NCBI GenBank assembly: GCA_049999805.1
Contig: JBNGIO010006348.1
Coordinates: 29,821 to 93,820 of the forward strand
Origin: Folioceros fuciformis
Lineage: Eukaryota
Length of the DNA: 64,000 nt
Direction: 5' to 3'
Shown: positions 36,362 through 50,749 of the stretch, piece after piece
Layout: every line of letters starts with the position of its first letter
Position numbering within the stretch: position 1 is the first letter of the stretch
Notes under the pieces: generated by a model
What the model saw: the letters and a program-made list of their open reading frames with translations, nothing else
The model's database searches: none
What the model was told of the DNA's origin: nothing
Position numbers and translations under genes: made by a program

Positions 36362-36897
36362 CTGCTCGTGGCTTGGTCCTCTCCACCTCCTGTCTCCGTC
36401 CGAGGCTTTGTACATCCTCAGTGCGTCTGCCATTCAGGGTGGATACTCAAGACTCTACCAACGAGCCGAAGCGGAAGTGGATCAACACACAAAGATCAGC
36501 CGCAAGGCGAGATCATCAAGCTGCGTTAACGTAAAGAGATCATCAGCTGAATTGGCCGCTGGTGCGGCCTCCAATTGATCCCTGCCATTGTTTGTGTGGA
36601 AGTCTGATGTCGCTCCGCAGGCATCCCAAGACTGTCTCTTGAATCTTACGCCGATGTGTGTAACTGGACTGTCGGAGGGAATTCAACCCTGTTACCGTCA
36701 AGTTCTGAAGTGGTCATCCAGTAGACATGATTTTCTGAGCTTGGAAAGGAAGATTGAGAAGCTCTGTAAAGGAAATGAAGCCACCAGGGTTCACGATATA
36801 ATGGACTCTTCTGTGGAAGCCGTATCACTGGCTCTTAAAAAAGTACAGCAATACAGCAATTTAAAAATCTGAACCCTAAAAAACTGTGTCAGAAAAA

Positions 36898-39722
36898 TTA
36901 ATCTCTGTTGCCAAAAATCTTGGTGCTCCCGGACCACCAGTCTATGACGTGTGAAGTCTTCGCTTCCAGGTCTCCATACGGGTTGGCAACGAATGGGGAG
37001 GCTACTTCCTTCAGCGTGCAGGCGATAGCCGCCCTTTTAGACAGAGGAAGCTGCTTACTCGTGGCCTTACCATGCTTAGAGTTATCGCTGACCTCTTCGT
37101 CAGCTTCAGCACCAGATCTTCCAGTGATTATTACCATTTTTCCTGCACTCGCACGGTTTGCTGCTTGGCTACATGCTTCCTCTAGCCAGTCCAAGATGGC
37201 CACATGGGCTGCTCCTGTAGATAAGCATCTCACATCCAACAACCACTTTGTCTCGGTGAAGGATGGGAGCTTGTACCAGTGAAACAAACTCCGTGCTCGA
37301 AGCACAACCATCTTTGCCTTTGCTGTTAACCCTTGCTTCCACAGAACGTCGGTGATGGCATTGAGCAAAGAGCAGTTTTCCTCTGCCGTCCTTCTAGCTA
37401 CCCACTTCTCCAACAGACTAAGAGCTTGATTCCAACAATTGTCTGCATCCGCAACATGTGCCTCCGTATCCACACTATTGTGTGGAACAACAAGCAACTG
37501 GTGCAACAACCTGCAAAATTCCAAGTTGCTGCCTTTCATTGCTCTGGCCAAAGGAGCTACCTCACTTCCAACATCTCCATATGCTGCGGATAATGCAGCA
37601 TACCCAGCAAAGTCTGGTTCCATCCCTTTGCTCTCCATTTCAGTCAAGATTTCAGCTGCACTCGAATACCACCCGCCAGAGACGTACATAGAAAGCAGTG
37701 CCCCGTAGCAAGTTACAGTTACAGCACATCCTGATTTCTTGAGTTCTCCGTAGACCTGCGACGACAGATTCATGCTGTCAGGATTGAGAACAAACGTGAC
37801 GGTTAGCGGCATATGTCTAGATCCAAGCACGGATCAGCCAACTCACCGCGTGCCCTTTCTTGGTCCAGCCACGGGCTGTGTGTGCATGAATGAGAGAGGT
37901 GTAAGTCAGGATATTGGGGCTGACATTGTTCTTAGCCATTTTTTCAACAATGTCATCTAATTCCTGGTACATTCCTATCCTGGTCAACGCGTTTATCATG
38001 CTTGTGTACGTTACAGTATTTGGTCTTAAATTAGAATCAGAAGCCTCAGAAAACAGCTTCATAGATTCTGACGCCAGATCACATTTCCCACATAAATCAA
38101 TCAAGACGTTGTAAGCCATCAGTGTTGGTTTGGTCACCTGCCACAAGATAACATCGGAACCTCACTTAGCTTTGTAAAAAAAACTGCGATGAAAATACTT
38201 CATCACGAACAACGCATACCCCTTTATACTCGCGAAAGACACTGAAAGCCTGATCGCGAGCACCAGCCACGGCGTAAGCAAGTAGGAAGCTGTCATACAG
38301 ATTGGATGTAGCTGGAATCCCATCAGCAATTAGCATGCCCATTAACTCCTCGGCTCTCGCATAGTCCCCTTTAGAACCATACAGTTGCATCAGCTTGCTC
38401 CATATCTGATAAGGTGATCGACGGGAACATTCCATGAGCTAGAAAATGGAGAATTATAAATAGAGCACACAAGGATGCAATCAATGAGCCGCAACCTGCA
38501 CAATGCTGCCCCATGGTCAGCACCTCGCAGCTCACTACACCCATTCGTGCATTAATCATGTGCAACAATAATTGAGGTGAAACTTCCTGTCAAGCGGCTA
38601 AGAGGTAGAAGGCGCAAGAACGTAACCTTCGTGTGAGGAACATGGCTCGCAGTTCTCATAGCCACGAAGACATCTGCGGCAGAACCTGTATCGCCATTGT
38701 TGCAACAGGCATCAATGAGCTGTGTAAAGGTTCTGGCCGAAACTTGAAGTCCCTTCTCATTCATCTCTCGGAGGACTTTCAGTGCGCTGTGTAATTGCGG
38801 CTCTTCTGCATTCAAATGCGCCACCAGCACCTGCAAGCAAACGTAGCATCCTCAAAATCTCACAGCTAGAACGACTCAGCCAGCAATAAGACAAGCAGTC
38901 CAAGCGACCACGACAAACGATCGATCCAATCTGTTTTAGGTCTCACACCCTTTCATGCGTGACATAATCCCGCTGGATGCCTAAGCGATCCATCTCCAAC
39001 ACAACTTCCGAGACTTTCACCGCCAAGCCCCTCGTCGCATAGGCTCCTAACAAGGCATTGTAGAAATATGTGTCCGCCTTCACACTTGCCGCTCTCAACT
39101 CCTCCTCCAGCACCTCCGCCTCCTCAACTCTGCCCTGCTTGCCGAGCACCCCGGCAATACAAGTATACGCCTCCAGCAAATTCAACTCATACCGTTCTAC
39201 GCCTGGCTTCAAAAACTGGCTCGTCTCCTTCAGCACCTGGAAAACCTCCATAGCGTGCGTCCAGTGCTTGTTACCGACGTTGTTCACAACCTTGTTCCAT
39301 TGCTGCAGCGAAAGCTTCTGAATCCAAGGATCCAAGGAACTCCTAACATCAGCTTTGTGCTGGATGGCCAAGATGAGGTCCGCTAAGCTACTGACTTCCG
39401 TCTTTTCATCCCGGGGGGCTGCATTCTTCCTCTCCGAACGGCCCGCCGGTGGAGTCGTCAGAAGCCCTTGACTGTTCCGCTTGCGCACAGCCTTCGGTCC
39501 CCTCCTCTTTGTTGTCCTTTCTGTTACGACGCAGCTGAGCACATTCAAGGCTTCTGCCTGCAACCTCAGCCTGGTGATAAATTTTGTTCCTGCCGGTCGA
39601 CCGAATCCACGAGGACAACCCAGCCTGGTGATAAATTCTTTTCCTGGAGAGCGACAAAATCCACCAGAACCACTGAAGAACGTCTGCCGCCCGACTGCAT
39701 CCATGGCGGCAAAGGACCCCAT
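36898..39722 (-). CDS. P-class PPR protein with C-terminal SMR domain, probably plastid-targeted
   Basis: P-type repeats (FYNALLGAYA, TFTQLIDACC, AYNVLIDLCGK, TYTSMINAL) over several exons. SMR motifs LDVRCLSTGAAHVAILDWL and IITGR. Confidence 0.88.
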
Positions 39723-40135
39723 TGCACAGACAGCTAGGGACTGAAACGCCGGTTGTCCAAAACGACGATAAGTGGACCAGATTTTTATTCGTTTCCCTTT
39801 CCATGCTATAAAGTTGCGAGGTTTTACGACTTCATTTCCCACGAAAATAACTACATCGCTTTCTACCCGATGGGAAGACAACGAGACGAACCCCAAGGTG
39901 AGGCAAATATGAGAGAGTAACCACGGTTAAACAACGGACCATAAAACCGATAACAAATTAGTGAAAACTCAGAACTTGGACGATTATGCCGATAACTAAT
40001 AGTGAAAACTCAGAAATTGGCAAAATTAACGAAGATTCTCTCTGAGAGAATCTCAGAGTCACAGATTCCCTTTGGGCCTAGAGGCACCAGCGAACTACCC
40101 CTACATTGCTCCCAGCTGATTTCCAGCCACCCATC

Positions 40136-41021
<886 letters not shown>

Positions 41022-41197
41022 GGTGCAAGCGACAGAGTCGGCCGAAATCGCGAGGGCAACAAAAGATAGATCACGACTTCTGGGTTCGAAGGGAGGTAAG
41101 CGTAAAGTATATAGGCTACTTGTACTATTTTCGGACTCGTGCTTAGGGCTCGGAATTCCTCGTGACCTAAGCTCGTTTTATATATATTGTATATGCA

Positions 41198-41340
41198 ATA
41201 TTGGTATCCCGTTCCGAAATCGGTAGCTGCTGTGTATGCCATATTGGTATCCCGTTCCGAAATCGGTAGNNNNNNNNNNGTAGCTGCTGTGTATGCCATA
41301 TTGGTATCCCGTTCCGAAATCGGTAGGTGCTGTATATGCC
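41198..41340. repeat. 43-bp tandem repeat (at least 3 copies) spanning a 10-N assembly gap at 41270-41279
   Basis: Unit ATATTGGTATCCCGTTCCGAAATCGGTAGCTGCTGTGTATGCC on both sides of the gap. Confidence 0.9.
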
Positions 41341-41383
41341 ATACCAAATGGATGGATGGAGGATACTCTGAGCCCTTGGCCCG

Positions 41384-44300
41384 ATGACGCGTTGGAGCAA
41401 TGTGGCCGTGTCGAGTTTGGTTCGCAGGAAGTCGGCTCTATCAACATATTTGGATTACTACCTCAGACATATGTCATCTTTACAGAGCGGGACGGGACAA
41501 GTGCTATCTACTGAGAGTTACCGTAAGTTCCTGGATGTATGCTGGATAATCTCACCCTTTTCGGTAACTGTTTTCTGGATGTGAATTTGAGAATCTCTCA
41601 AATTGGTGTAGCTGACCTGCAGTGGATCCAAGCGCGAGGTCTGTATGGGCAGACTTTGTGGGCGATTCTTCACGGTGGCGGGCTAAAAGGGTGGATTTTC
41701 GGGATAGAACAGGGGAAGTGATATGGGTTGACCCGCAGACGTTGTGGGTAGGAGAAAAATCAGCACAGGATGTTGATTCCTGTAGGATATCGGGACAGGT
41801 TGCCGAATCCCAGGGAGCTGACAAGTCTGAGCTTTTGAGGTCCCAGACTCACCCGCCGGGTTGTTTCTTTGGTGTTATCTTGCTCGTTGGCTGGTTGTGA
41901 CAAGTCATCTAAATTTTGCAGGTTGAAGGAGGCAGTGGAAGAGCTGGACCGTCTGGTACAGCAAGGGTCGTTTATTCCGGATTCCCTGTTTTACAGTGTT
42001 CTGAAGGGATGTACTGTGGGGAACGATGTGCTTGTGGGCAGTCGTGTGCATGGCCTCGCTGTGAAAAGTGGAAGGGTCTCAAATACATTTGTAGCCAATC
42101 ACATTGTCCGGATGTATGCCTCTCATGGAAAGTTGCTGGAGGCGACGCAGGTGTTTAACAGACTGGTTACGAGGAATGCCTTTTCGTGGTTTTCAATCAT
42201 TGTGGCACATGCTGATAATGGCCAGCCTGAGCAGGCTATGAGGCTGTATCAACAGATGTGGCAATCGGGAGTGCAGCCCAACAACCATATTTTTGCTGTG
42301 GCCCTCAAAGCATGTGCCAATGCCGGGGATTTGCAAGCTGGCAAGCTGGTCCATGCAGATGTTTTGTTAAGTGCAGTTGAGCCTGATTTGTTTGTTGGCA
42401 ACAGCCTGGTGGACATGTATGCAAAATGTGGCAGTTTAGATGATGCTCGAAGAGTATTTGACAGTCTGCCTACCCGAAACACAGTGACATGGAACACCAT
42501 GCTTGCAGGATATGCTCAGCATGGACTAGCTCAACAGGCCCTTAATTTGTACTCGTGTATGCAGAAGGAGAGACTCACTCGAGCCAATAATGTTACATTC
42601 GTCTGCCTCTTGAAAGCGTGTGCTGCTGTTGGATGCTTGAAAGAGGGGGAATCCCTTCATTCTCAGCTTCAAGAAAGCGGGATAGCCATTGATATTGTTC
42701 TTGGCAACTGCCTGATAGACATGTATGCAAAATGTGGCAGCCTAGACAATGCACGCAAGGTTTTTGACGAATTGCCTACACGGGATGTGGTAACATGGAA
42801 TGCCTTGATAGCAGGTTATGTTCAGCACAATGATGGGAAAGAAGCTCTTGCTCTTCACAAAATCATGCAGGAGGATGGAACTACTGAAGCCAATCATGTC
42901 ACATTTGTATCCGCCCTGAAAGCATGTACACAGATGGGTGCACTATCTGAGGGGAAGGAGCTGCATTTGCAGATTCAGAAAAGAGGACTGGACAGTGATG
43001 TTACAGTAGGCAACTGCCTCGTGGATATGTACACCAAGTGTGATAATTTAGAGGATGCTCGCAAAGTGTTTGAACGATTGCCTACTAGAGATGTGGTCAC
43101 ATGGAATAGCATGATCGCAGGCTATGCTGAGCATGGCCAGGGTCAAGAGGCCCTTGTTCTTTACAAGAGGATGCAAGTGGAAGGCCAAATCCCACCTAAT
43201 CAGGTCACTCTTGTTTGTGCTCTAAAATCATGTGTAAGTGTGGGAGCTTTGCATCTTGGGAAGCAGCTCCATGTCCTCATTCAAGAAGAAGGCCTGGAAG
43301 TGGATGTGATTCTTGGTACCTCACTAGTGGACCTGTATGCAAAACATGGCAATTTAGAGGATGCCCGCAGAGTGTTTGATCGACTAGCCTCACGAAACTT
43401 GGTCACATGGAATGTTATGATCGCAGGCTATGTGCAGCACGGGCTTGGCCAAGAAGCTCTCAGCCTTTATGCATGTATGCAACATGAATCTGTGACCTCA
43501 GATCATGTGACGTTGGTTTGCCTGCTCAAAGCCTGTGCCAGTGTTGGAGCTCTCTGTCAGGGGCAACAGTTTCATATCCAGGTAAAGCAAAGGGGCTTGG
43601 AGGGTGAACTTGGAAGCAGCCTGGTGGACATGTATGTAAAATGTGGGGATTTGCAGGCCGCTCGTGAAGTGTTCAATAGATTGCACACCAAGGATGTAGT
43701 TACCTGGACTGCTCTCATGAATGGGTATGCTCAGCATAACCAGTCCCAGATGGCAATCCTGTGTTTTCAAGAAATGCAGGAGCAAGGAGTTGTCCCTGAT
43801 GCTGCTTCTTTTCTCTGTCTTCTCCTGGCGTGCTGTCATGATGGCCTTGTGAACGAGGGCCTGCAGTACTTCAGGGCGATGGTGGAAGACTATGGTATCG
43901 TACCGTCTATCTATCACCACACGTGCATGGTTGACCTTCTTGGGCGTGCAGGCTTCCTCGAGGAAGCAGAAAACATGTTGCATAAAGAGTCACTTGTGAC
44001 CGACATTGGGGCTTGGATGTCTTTGCTGGCTTCATGCAGAAGCCACAGTGATGTAGAGCGTGGAAGGCGATGTTTCGATCGTATAGTGAAGTTGGAGCCC
44101 CAGAACGCCGCACCATATGGGCTTCTGACGGACATTTACACAAATGCTGGCAGGTGGAGAGATGTGCACATGGTGGAAAGTCTGAGAAAGGTAGCGGGTG
44201 CATGCAAGAAGCCTGCCCGCGCCTGGATTGAGGTGAATAACAAGGTGCACTCCTTCATTGTGGGAGAAGAGAGGGCTGACATTTCCTCCAAGCTCAAGAG

Positions 44301-44601
44301 TGTGAATATGAAGTTGGAGGTAGGTGGTAATGTCCAACACACGGACCTATTGCTGAAGACACAGGGAGGAAAAGAAGATGCCTTGTGTGGACATGCTGAG
44401 AAACTGGCTTTAGCTTATGGTTTGTTGAACACTCCGGATGGATCAACTCTTCTAGTGACAAAAAATCTCCGCATGTGCAACGATTGTCACAGTGGAACCA
44501 AGGCCATGTCGAAAGTAGAGAAGAGAGAGATAATTGTTAGAGATGCACACCGAATCCACCATTTTGTAGATGGGTTTTGCTCCTGTGGAGATCGTCATTA
44601 A
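41384..44601 (+). CDS. PLS-class PPR protein with DYW:KP (DRH-type) domain; candidate U-to-C RNA editing factor, likely mitochondrial
   Basis: KKPARAWIEV in place of the PG box, no SHP motif, GHAEKLA, CNDCH, ending CSCGDRH. Predicted exons 41384-41522, 41623-41824 (or 41839) and 41922-44601 are phase-consistent. Confidence 0.93.
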
Positions 44602-45185
44602 CATGAAGCCGGACAGACTGTCAGTGAGCTACTGAATTTGGCAAAGCTCTGATTATGCTGCAGACGTCTTGCCGGGAAGCTGCATCACTCGATGACTTTT
44701 TACACAAGGATTGCGGGCAACTCGTAAACGATTTGTCACTTAACTATTTCATGCTCGGCTACTTGTCGGACGTACAGGTAGTCTCATGAACTTTCTCCTT
44801 GAACCATTCTAGGACACGCATAAGCTCCCAAGCATTGTCTAAGAGAGAGTATCTTCTAACATTTGAATTTTACAGGAGAGCTTCTCGCTGTGTCTTCAGG
44901 GGCGAGCGAGATGCTATGAATTCTGGTTAAGCAGGTACGAGTCTCGGACTATTTTACAAGTTAGCACCTGCACACCAACCCTTCGAGCCTTCACCTATAA
45001 CATGGTGTCCGAACTTGACCCCTTCTAACGGCCAGCAATTTCACTGTCTGCACAGGTTGGATCTTTGATATCTGTATTCCTGAAAACGCAGTTCCACCTA
45101 GGTCCCCCAAGTTGGAGCGAATGTTGTGGCCGGTTCTAACTTTTGATTCGTTTAACCCCAGAGGGTGATGTAGAATGGAAATAGC

Positions 45186-47308
45186 TTACCTCTCCGGACC
45201 TGCCCAGAAGTTTTTTTCTTTCGGGCCAGTGGGTCCTTCCTCTCCTCCGAGCTCACCTGGAAGCTTGTCAAGGAGATCGGTCAATGAGTTTCTCAGTTTA
45301 CTCGGCAGGGCTGAAAGCAGTTTGTCAAGCTCAGTCCTGAAATCATATTGTATCGAGGGGCCCCATTGTCTCATGTACTGCAACCATGGGGGCTCTTCCA
45401 AGCAACTTTCCACTAGGCCTCTCGCTCCCAAATACTCCATGGACACAATCTGGTATGCTGTGCTAACATCTAGGATAAACTTGCTCCTGGCTGTATCGTT
45501 CCGTATTCCCACCCCGAGAGTACTATCTCCTTGCAGGTTGACACCCTCGTGGGCATATGCCGAATGGCCATTCTTGGAGGAGTACACCACAGGATGGTTG
45601 AGTGAGATGAACTCTAGGTCGCCTGGCTTCAGCCATTGTCCCTTGCTGTGCTCCCCGAAGTAGATCTCCTGCAGCTCCCCATAAAAGTTGCCTATCCTGA
45701 GAGTAAAATGTTCCCAGTCCGACACATGTTCCCCAATTTTGCCCAGGGATAAATTGATCAATTTGATTTTGGCCTTGCTTGCTCCGTTGAAGGGGTAGTA
45801 AATCCAGCATTGGACTTCTGTGGTGGTTCCACCGAACATGGATTTGACGTGCACATACGTTTCAGCCGACCCCAAGTTTCCTTTCTTTACCTCATCGGCC
45901 GTCCCATCGTTCGGTAAATCAATCCAGTATTCCCCGTCGTTAGTCCCTCCAGCTGGTAAATTGGATCCGTCCAAGCTGATCCTCTCAGGGCTGGAAGTCG
46001 AGTTTTTTTTATACAGCAAAGCCCCCTGACTGAATACCCAAGACACGGAGGAAGGGAGGTACTTTTCTTCTGGGTGGAAGAAGACAGTAGGACCATAGCT
46101 CTTCATGAGCCATTGAACCTGCTCCAAAGTTGGCATGGCATGCAGATTCCTGCTCACGTTACTAAGGCAGGTCACTGGAAGTGCATCCACTGGCCCTAGA
46201 CTGGCATCGCTGTAGAAAGTCCCCACATTCACTCCAGTTCCTGTCACGCCCACCTCCAAAGGCGTCACGGTCCAGATTCTAAACGGAGACCTGTTGGAGT
46301 TGGTGCTCCAGAGAGCTGCATCCGCAACGCCGTCCTCCGTGAGATCTGACCGCACACAAACTACTTCTTGGATGTTAGGCTTGGCTTCGGTTGTAGTCAC
46401 CACGTATCCCAGCGTTTTATAACCAGTGGGTGCGACCGGCATCCAAAAGTAAGCAGGGCCACTCTGCTTCCCACTCCATGTGTTGCTGCTCCAGACGAAG
46501 GTGTAGTCGATTGGGCAAGCCAATGGGGAGGCGTCATTCAAACGAACAGGATGTGCCAAAGAGTCACACTCCTGCACTGCAGGAAGGTGCATAGCGCAAG
46601 AACTCAGGCTTCCAAGTGATTCTTATCCCACTTGCAGAAAGACGATCAAAGAAAACTTCACCGAGCCGGCTAAGCTGTGAAATCTCATTTTCTTCCTGCA
46701 CAGGCTACTTCAAAGAAATATCTTACCGTTGAAAGAACTGGTTTCTGCCACCGCAAGCATCCATCCAACAGGCTCGCCGTTGATTTGGCAGTGATGTCCG
46801 AGGCAGAAAAATTCCGAAGGTAAGGACAGAGGCTTGTATACGGCAGCCCCAGAGTTGTTTTGCCCTGGGAAGCTGCTCCAAACCACATCGAGCGACCAAA
46901 TCTGAGTGACTGTAATCTCTCCAAGAGATATAGTCCCAGTTCCAAAGCCTGTTCCTGTTGGATGTGCACAAACTAAAATTCTTGAGAAAGTTGTGGACAT
47001 CAACACCTTCGAAAGAGTTCGTCCCAATACCTTGAGAACAACAAACTAACTAACACTTCACCAAAAAATACCCGACCTGTGCCACCCAACTTTCAAACTC
47101 GCAATCACTGTAGTCCGGAAAACCAGCTTCTCAAGGAAAGCTGAGTGGCATGCCACGACGAAACTAACATGCATGACTTACCCGTCGGCCATTCCGGGAC
47201 TGGTCCGAGCATTCCAGAATTGCTGTTCAACTCCCGTAGCTCCGCCAAGGATGAGACAGTGGTGTTAGATCCTCCCCAGGGCCAGGTTAGGCAGCCACAC
47301 CGCACCAT
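45186..47308 (-). CDS. Vps62-related (DUF946) protein
   Basis: PEWP.GTGFGTGTISLG, YFWMPVAPTGYKTLG, AMPTLEQV, YGPTVFFHPEEKYLPSSVSW, YYPFNG, GEHVSDWEHFTLRI, YSSKNGH, EPPWLQYMRQWGP, EEGPTGPKEK..W.G.ER. Confidence 0.9.
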
Positions 47309-48689
47309 CGGTCCGAGTATCTTCCTCACCAGCGTCCGAGCCTCGACAGAAAATGTCTCACACTTCTAGCCGCGATGACAATAATACATAGTGGAGACAA
47401 GCATATATAGACAGCCAGGGAGTGGCTAAGCTAAACTTTAAGCACTACGGAAGTGACTTCCCCACCACCCAAGCACTCCCGTCTCCTCGAAATCGTCATG
47501 AACTACCCAGACGAGTTTCCTGACAACCTCCTGTGGAATGTGAATCAATTGCCTTACCAGCCAGAGCTGGAACTGGCAAAGCCAGGGCTCGACGCGTAAC
47601 CTCCAAGGTTCCTGCTATCCAGTAAAGGAGAGACGTGATGAGGCCACGACCCTACCTCCGGAAAGCAACGCTTTCAGTTTAAAGCGGCTCAGCAGCCTGT
47701 AAGCCACTTAGCATCAGAGGTAAGGTAAGCGAGGATGCAAGACAAAGACGAGCCCAGCACTGCAGGCCAGTGGCACAAAGCAGGTAAGAGAGGCACCCCA
47801 CAGCACGGACAACTGGGCTGCCAACATCATTTCAAACTTTCTGAGCAATCGGGTGTAAAGCGATCTATTCTGGCACGCAGCAGACAGAGAGGTCGCATTT
47901 CCGCATTACCCAAAACGCGTTGCACGGAGCCTTATCATCCAACTCTAGGTAACCTCCAGCATGTTGTGCCTCGCCTCCTCATCCTCTACATCAACTCTGA
48001 GCTTAGATCAACTAGCGAATGCAACACACACATTCAGCAGTATCCCACGACTTGACACTCTAGTTGCCATCTTGTCCTATTTTCTCGTCCAGACTCTGCC
48101 GGCAAACGTTGCCAGTGGGAGCGTGTACTCGGTCCGAAATTTCACGAGGTCCCAGAGCGACCCCGGCTGCTCGAAATTCGCAGCACCGCAAATTGGGCCC
48201 AGCTGTAGAGCTGGGATGGCTGCGGCCTCCGAGAACGGAAAACAGACGACACTTGGCAGCGCCACGTGTGACAAGCAGGGCAGCCTGTCAGAGCTCCCAG
48301 TATGCAAACTGTAAGCGCGCCAGCTCTGCATGTTTTGTTTGAGCAGAAGACATTACGTAATACAGTACATCCATCGTTGGCATCCTGGGTCCATCCATAT
48401 GCCTCTCGATCGGCCTTGTCACCACGGATAGCGGGTACCAATATTTAATACGGTATTACTGAAGATAAGCAAACTCATATAGATATTTAGTGCGGATTGA
48501 TAAGCTACTGGCCAGATGGACACACATACCTCGCACCCGAGTTGAGACTAGGTCTACCCACAGGCCCGGAATGACAGTCGTGACTAGTTTGAGGAAGTTA
48601 TTTCTCTGGACAATGCTCCTGCATTGATGGAGAGGATGCTCCACCTTGAAGTCTGGTGTCCAAAGAACATCACACGCAATTTTTTTCGC

Positions 48690-49746
48690 TCATGCAAGGC
48701 CGATAGTTTCTAGACCGCCCAGTCTAAGGCCAGGGTCATAATTGACGAAAAGCATGAACTCGTTGCCTAGCTTGTTTTGGTGCTGTGGCCTGAACTTGCA
48801 GGGATACGCATGTAAGAGCCCCCCAACGCGTTCTCTTTGAACAGCACCTGTAAAACCCAGAGCACGGACGTTTAGTGCATTTCAAGAAGACAAGGTTCAA
48901 CGTGACTCCTTATAATGAAGTTCAATGCATTTCAAGAAGACAAGGTTCAACGTGACTCCTTATAATGAAGTTCAATGCATTTCACGGACAGATCCCACAA
49001 TCCTCCCAGTGCGGAGAATTCGACAACAACCTGTGAGTAACAAGAGAATGGAATTTTCCGGCTCAACTGCAAGGTGCTTCATAGACTGCACAGTCTTTAG
49101 TAAGCACTCTTCACTCTGCATGGATTGAAACGCTTGTTAGAAAGGCTGACCACGACGAAGCAATGCGATTCTTCCATTCTGCAACTGACTGGGAAGTTGA
49201 GGCTATGGCCGAGATGATGGCTTGCCAAGTATGGAGGATCAGCCACGACAATGTGAAAAGCACCCTGGCATTCGGTTGGCACATCTTGAGGGAAGTTGTA
49301 GTCGTAGAAACTAAAATCATCGCCATACTTCGCAAACCGTCGGTCATACTCAAACAAATGAGCGTCTACTTCACGGTGCTTGTTCTGCATTCAAGACAAT
49401 CCCATTCTACCCCTCAGAAATCAAGTCCGATACAGTATAACCGTCAGAACCATCCAAAGTACAGCACCTTGAGTTCTACATAAAGAGAGGGACATGCGAC
49501 ACAGGCAATCCTCGCAGAATCGAAGGCCTTGCTAAGATGGTGGAGCTCCTCCGCGACGGTGGCTGCCGTGGCAGCATCATACCAGAATTGGCTCAAACGC
49601 CAATCCTCGACCACTATGTCCACAGTTCCGTCTTCGGCAACATCTGCCTTGTTTTCTTCCTCTTCTTTCCTCTCCGCAATCCATTCCCTCAGGGCAGCAA
49701 GAGTAGCGACGCTGAGCTGAGGCTCCTCATCGTCTTCCTCCGCCAT
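48690..49746 (-). CDS. EEF1AKMT1: eEF1A lysine methyltransferase 1 (Efm5/N6AMT2), 4 exons
   Basis: LS..TLAALREW, EDWRLSQFWYD, IACVACPSLY, LFEYDRRF, FYDYN.P, VVADPPYL|SEECL, LLLTG, FRPQHQNKLGNEF.LFVNY. Confidence 0.93.
48876..48984. repeat. Exact 50-bp tandem duplication in EEF1AKMT1 intron 3
   Basis: 48876-48925 is identical to 48926-48975, followed by a 9-bp partial third copy (TGCATTTCA). Confidence 0.95.
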
Positions 49747-49900
49747 GCTTCGCCCCGGAGTCGCTTCTCTAACTCAGAAGGCCGGTTAACTGACGTAGGA
49801 CGGTTAAGGGTTTAAGGCCAACTGCCCTAACGAAGCATCCTGATTTGGCTACAGGTTGGACCAGCTTGCCAGATCCGTTGTGGGGCAGATCCGAGCAGCC

Positions 49901-50749
49901 ATGGCGCAGCCTGTTGATTGTCAGTCACGGTTTGCTTCTGTGAAACTTCGAACTTGGATGCTGCAGATGGACTGGTTGTGACTACTTGCGGTGGTAATTG
50001 TGGAGCTGGAAATTGGTAGCTGAAGCTTGTGAACTGTTGTGCTGGTCAGATCGGAAGCGTTTGACAAGCACGGGCAACTCGATGCTCTATTCCTTTCTTC
50101 TCTTCGTCATCACACTCTCGCTGCAGCAGGTCTACAGGGAGAAATTGGCTTCAACTGAGTTGTTCACCATCTTTGGCGGCTTCGTCAGTTCCCTTTTGTT
50201 CGTCCTAGTTTTGACTGTAAGATCCGCTGTTGTTTTCTGATTGTCGAGCGTGATTTTTCTCCGTATTCGGACTCTGGTCACGTGTCTTTGCGTTTGCAGT
50301 TTGTGGGCAATTTACAAGAGTCGCTCGGATCACGAACGGGATGGGGAGCTGGTACGCTTCCACCTCGGTTGACAATACTTTGGGGTGGCTGAGCTGCAAA
50401 ACCTAGGATCAGAACTTGTTGGTTGTATGGGGTGCAGTGTGACATAGGCTTGCAAAGCCTGTGATCGCAGATATACTAATGCGTGGAAATTATCTGCAGT
50501 TCTCCTTGCCGAATTTATCGCTGTTGTGGCAGCAGGTTCGGTGCATAGGGTCTCTTGTACCACATGGTGAGTTGTGGTGATTTGGAACCTCTCTTGCATT
50601 TCATGTAGCCTTCTTCCCATCCTGTTGCAGTGGTCCTGATGTGTGCGTACTTGTGCAGCATACTGTTCTCAGCCGTCCTTTTGTACGAAGTGAACAAAAT
50701 CTCTGGTGTGATGCATCAGCAGCCCGACCCGAAGAAGAAAGCAGCTTAG
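49901..50749 (+). CDS. KRTCAP2: KRTCAP2/KCP2-like oligosaccharyltransferase accessory subunit
   Basis: SMLYSFLLFVITLSL..YREKLASTELFTIFGGFVSSLLF, FVGN.QE, SVHRVSCTTCILFS, YEVNKIS, and a C-terminal KKKAA ER-retrieval-like tail. The start exon (49901-49919) is tentative. Confidence 0.85.

Noticed and set aside
41198-41340. CRISPR-like array
   Set aside because: The units are contiguous with no unique spacers, the context is eukaryotic, and there are no cas genes.
47400-48650. Short ORFs between the Vps62-like gene and EEF1AKMT1
   Set aside because: No family motifs. Probably 5' UTR intron, promoter and 3' UTR sequence.
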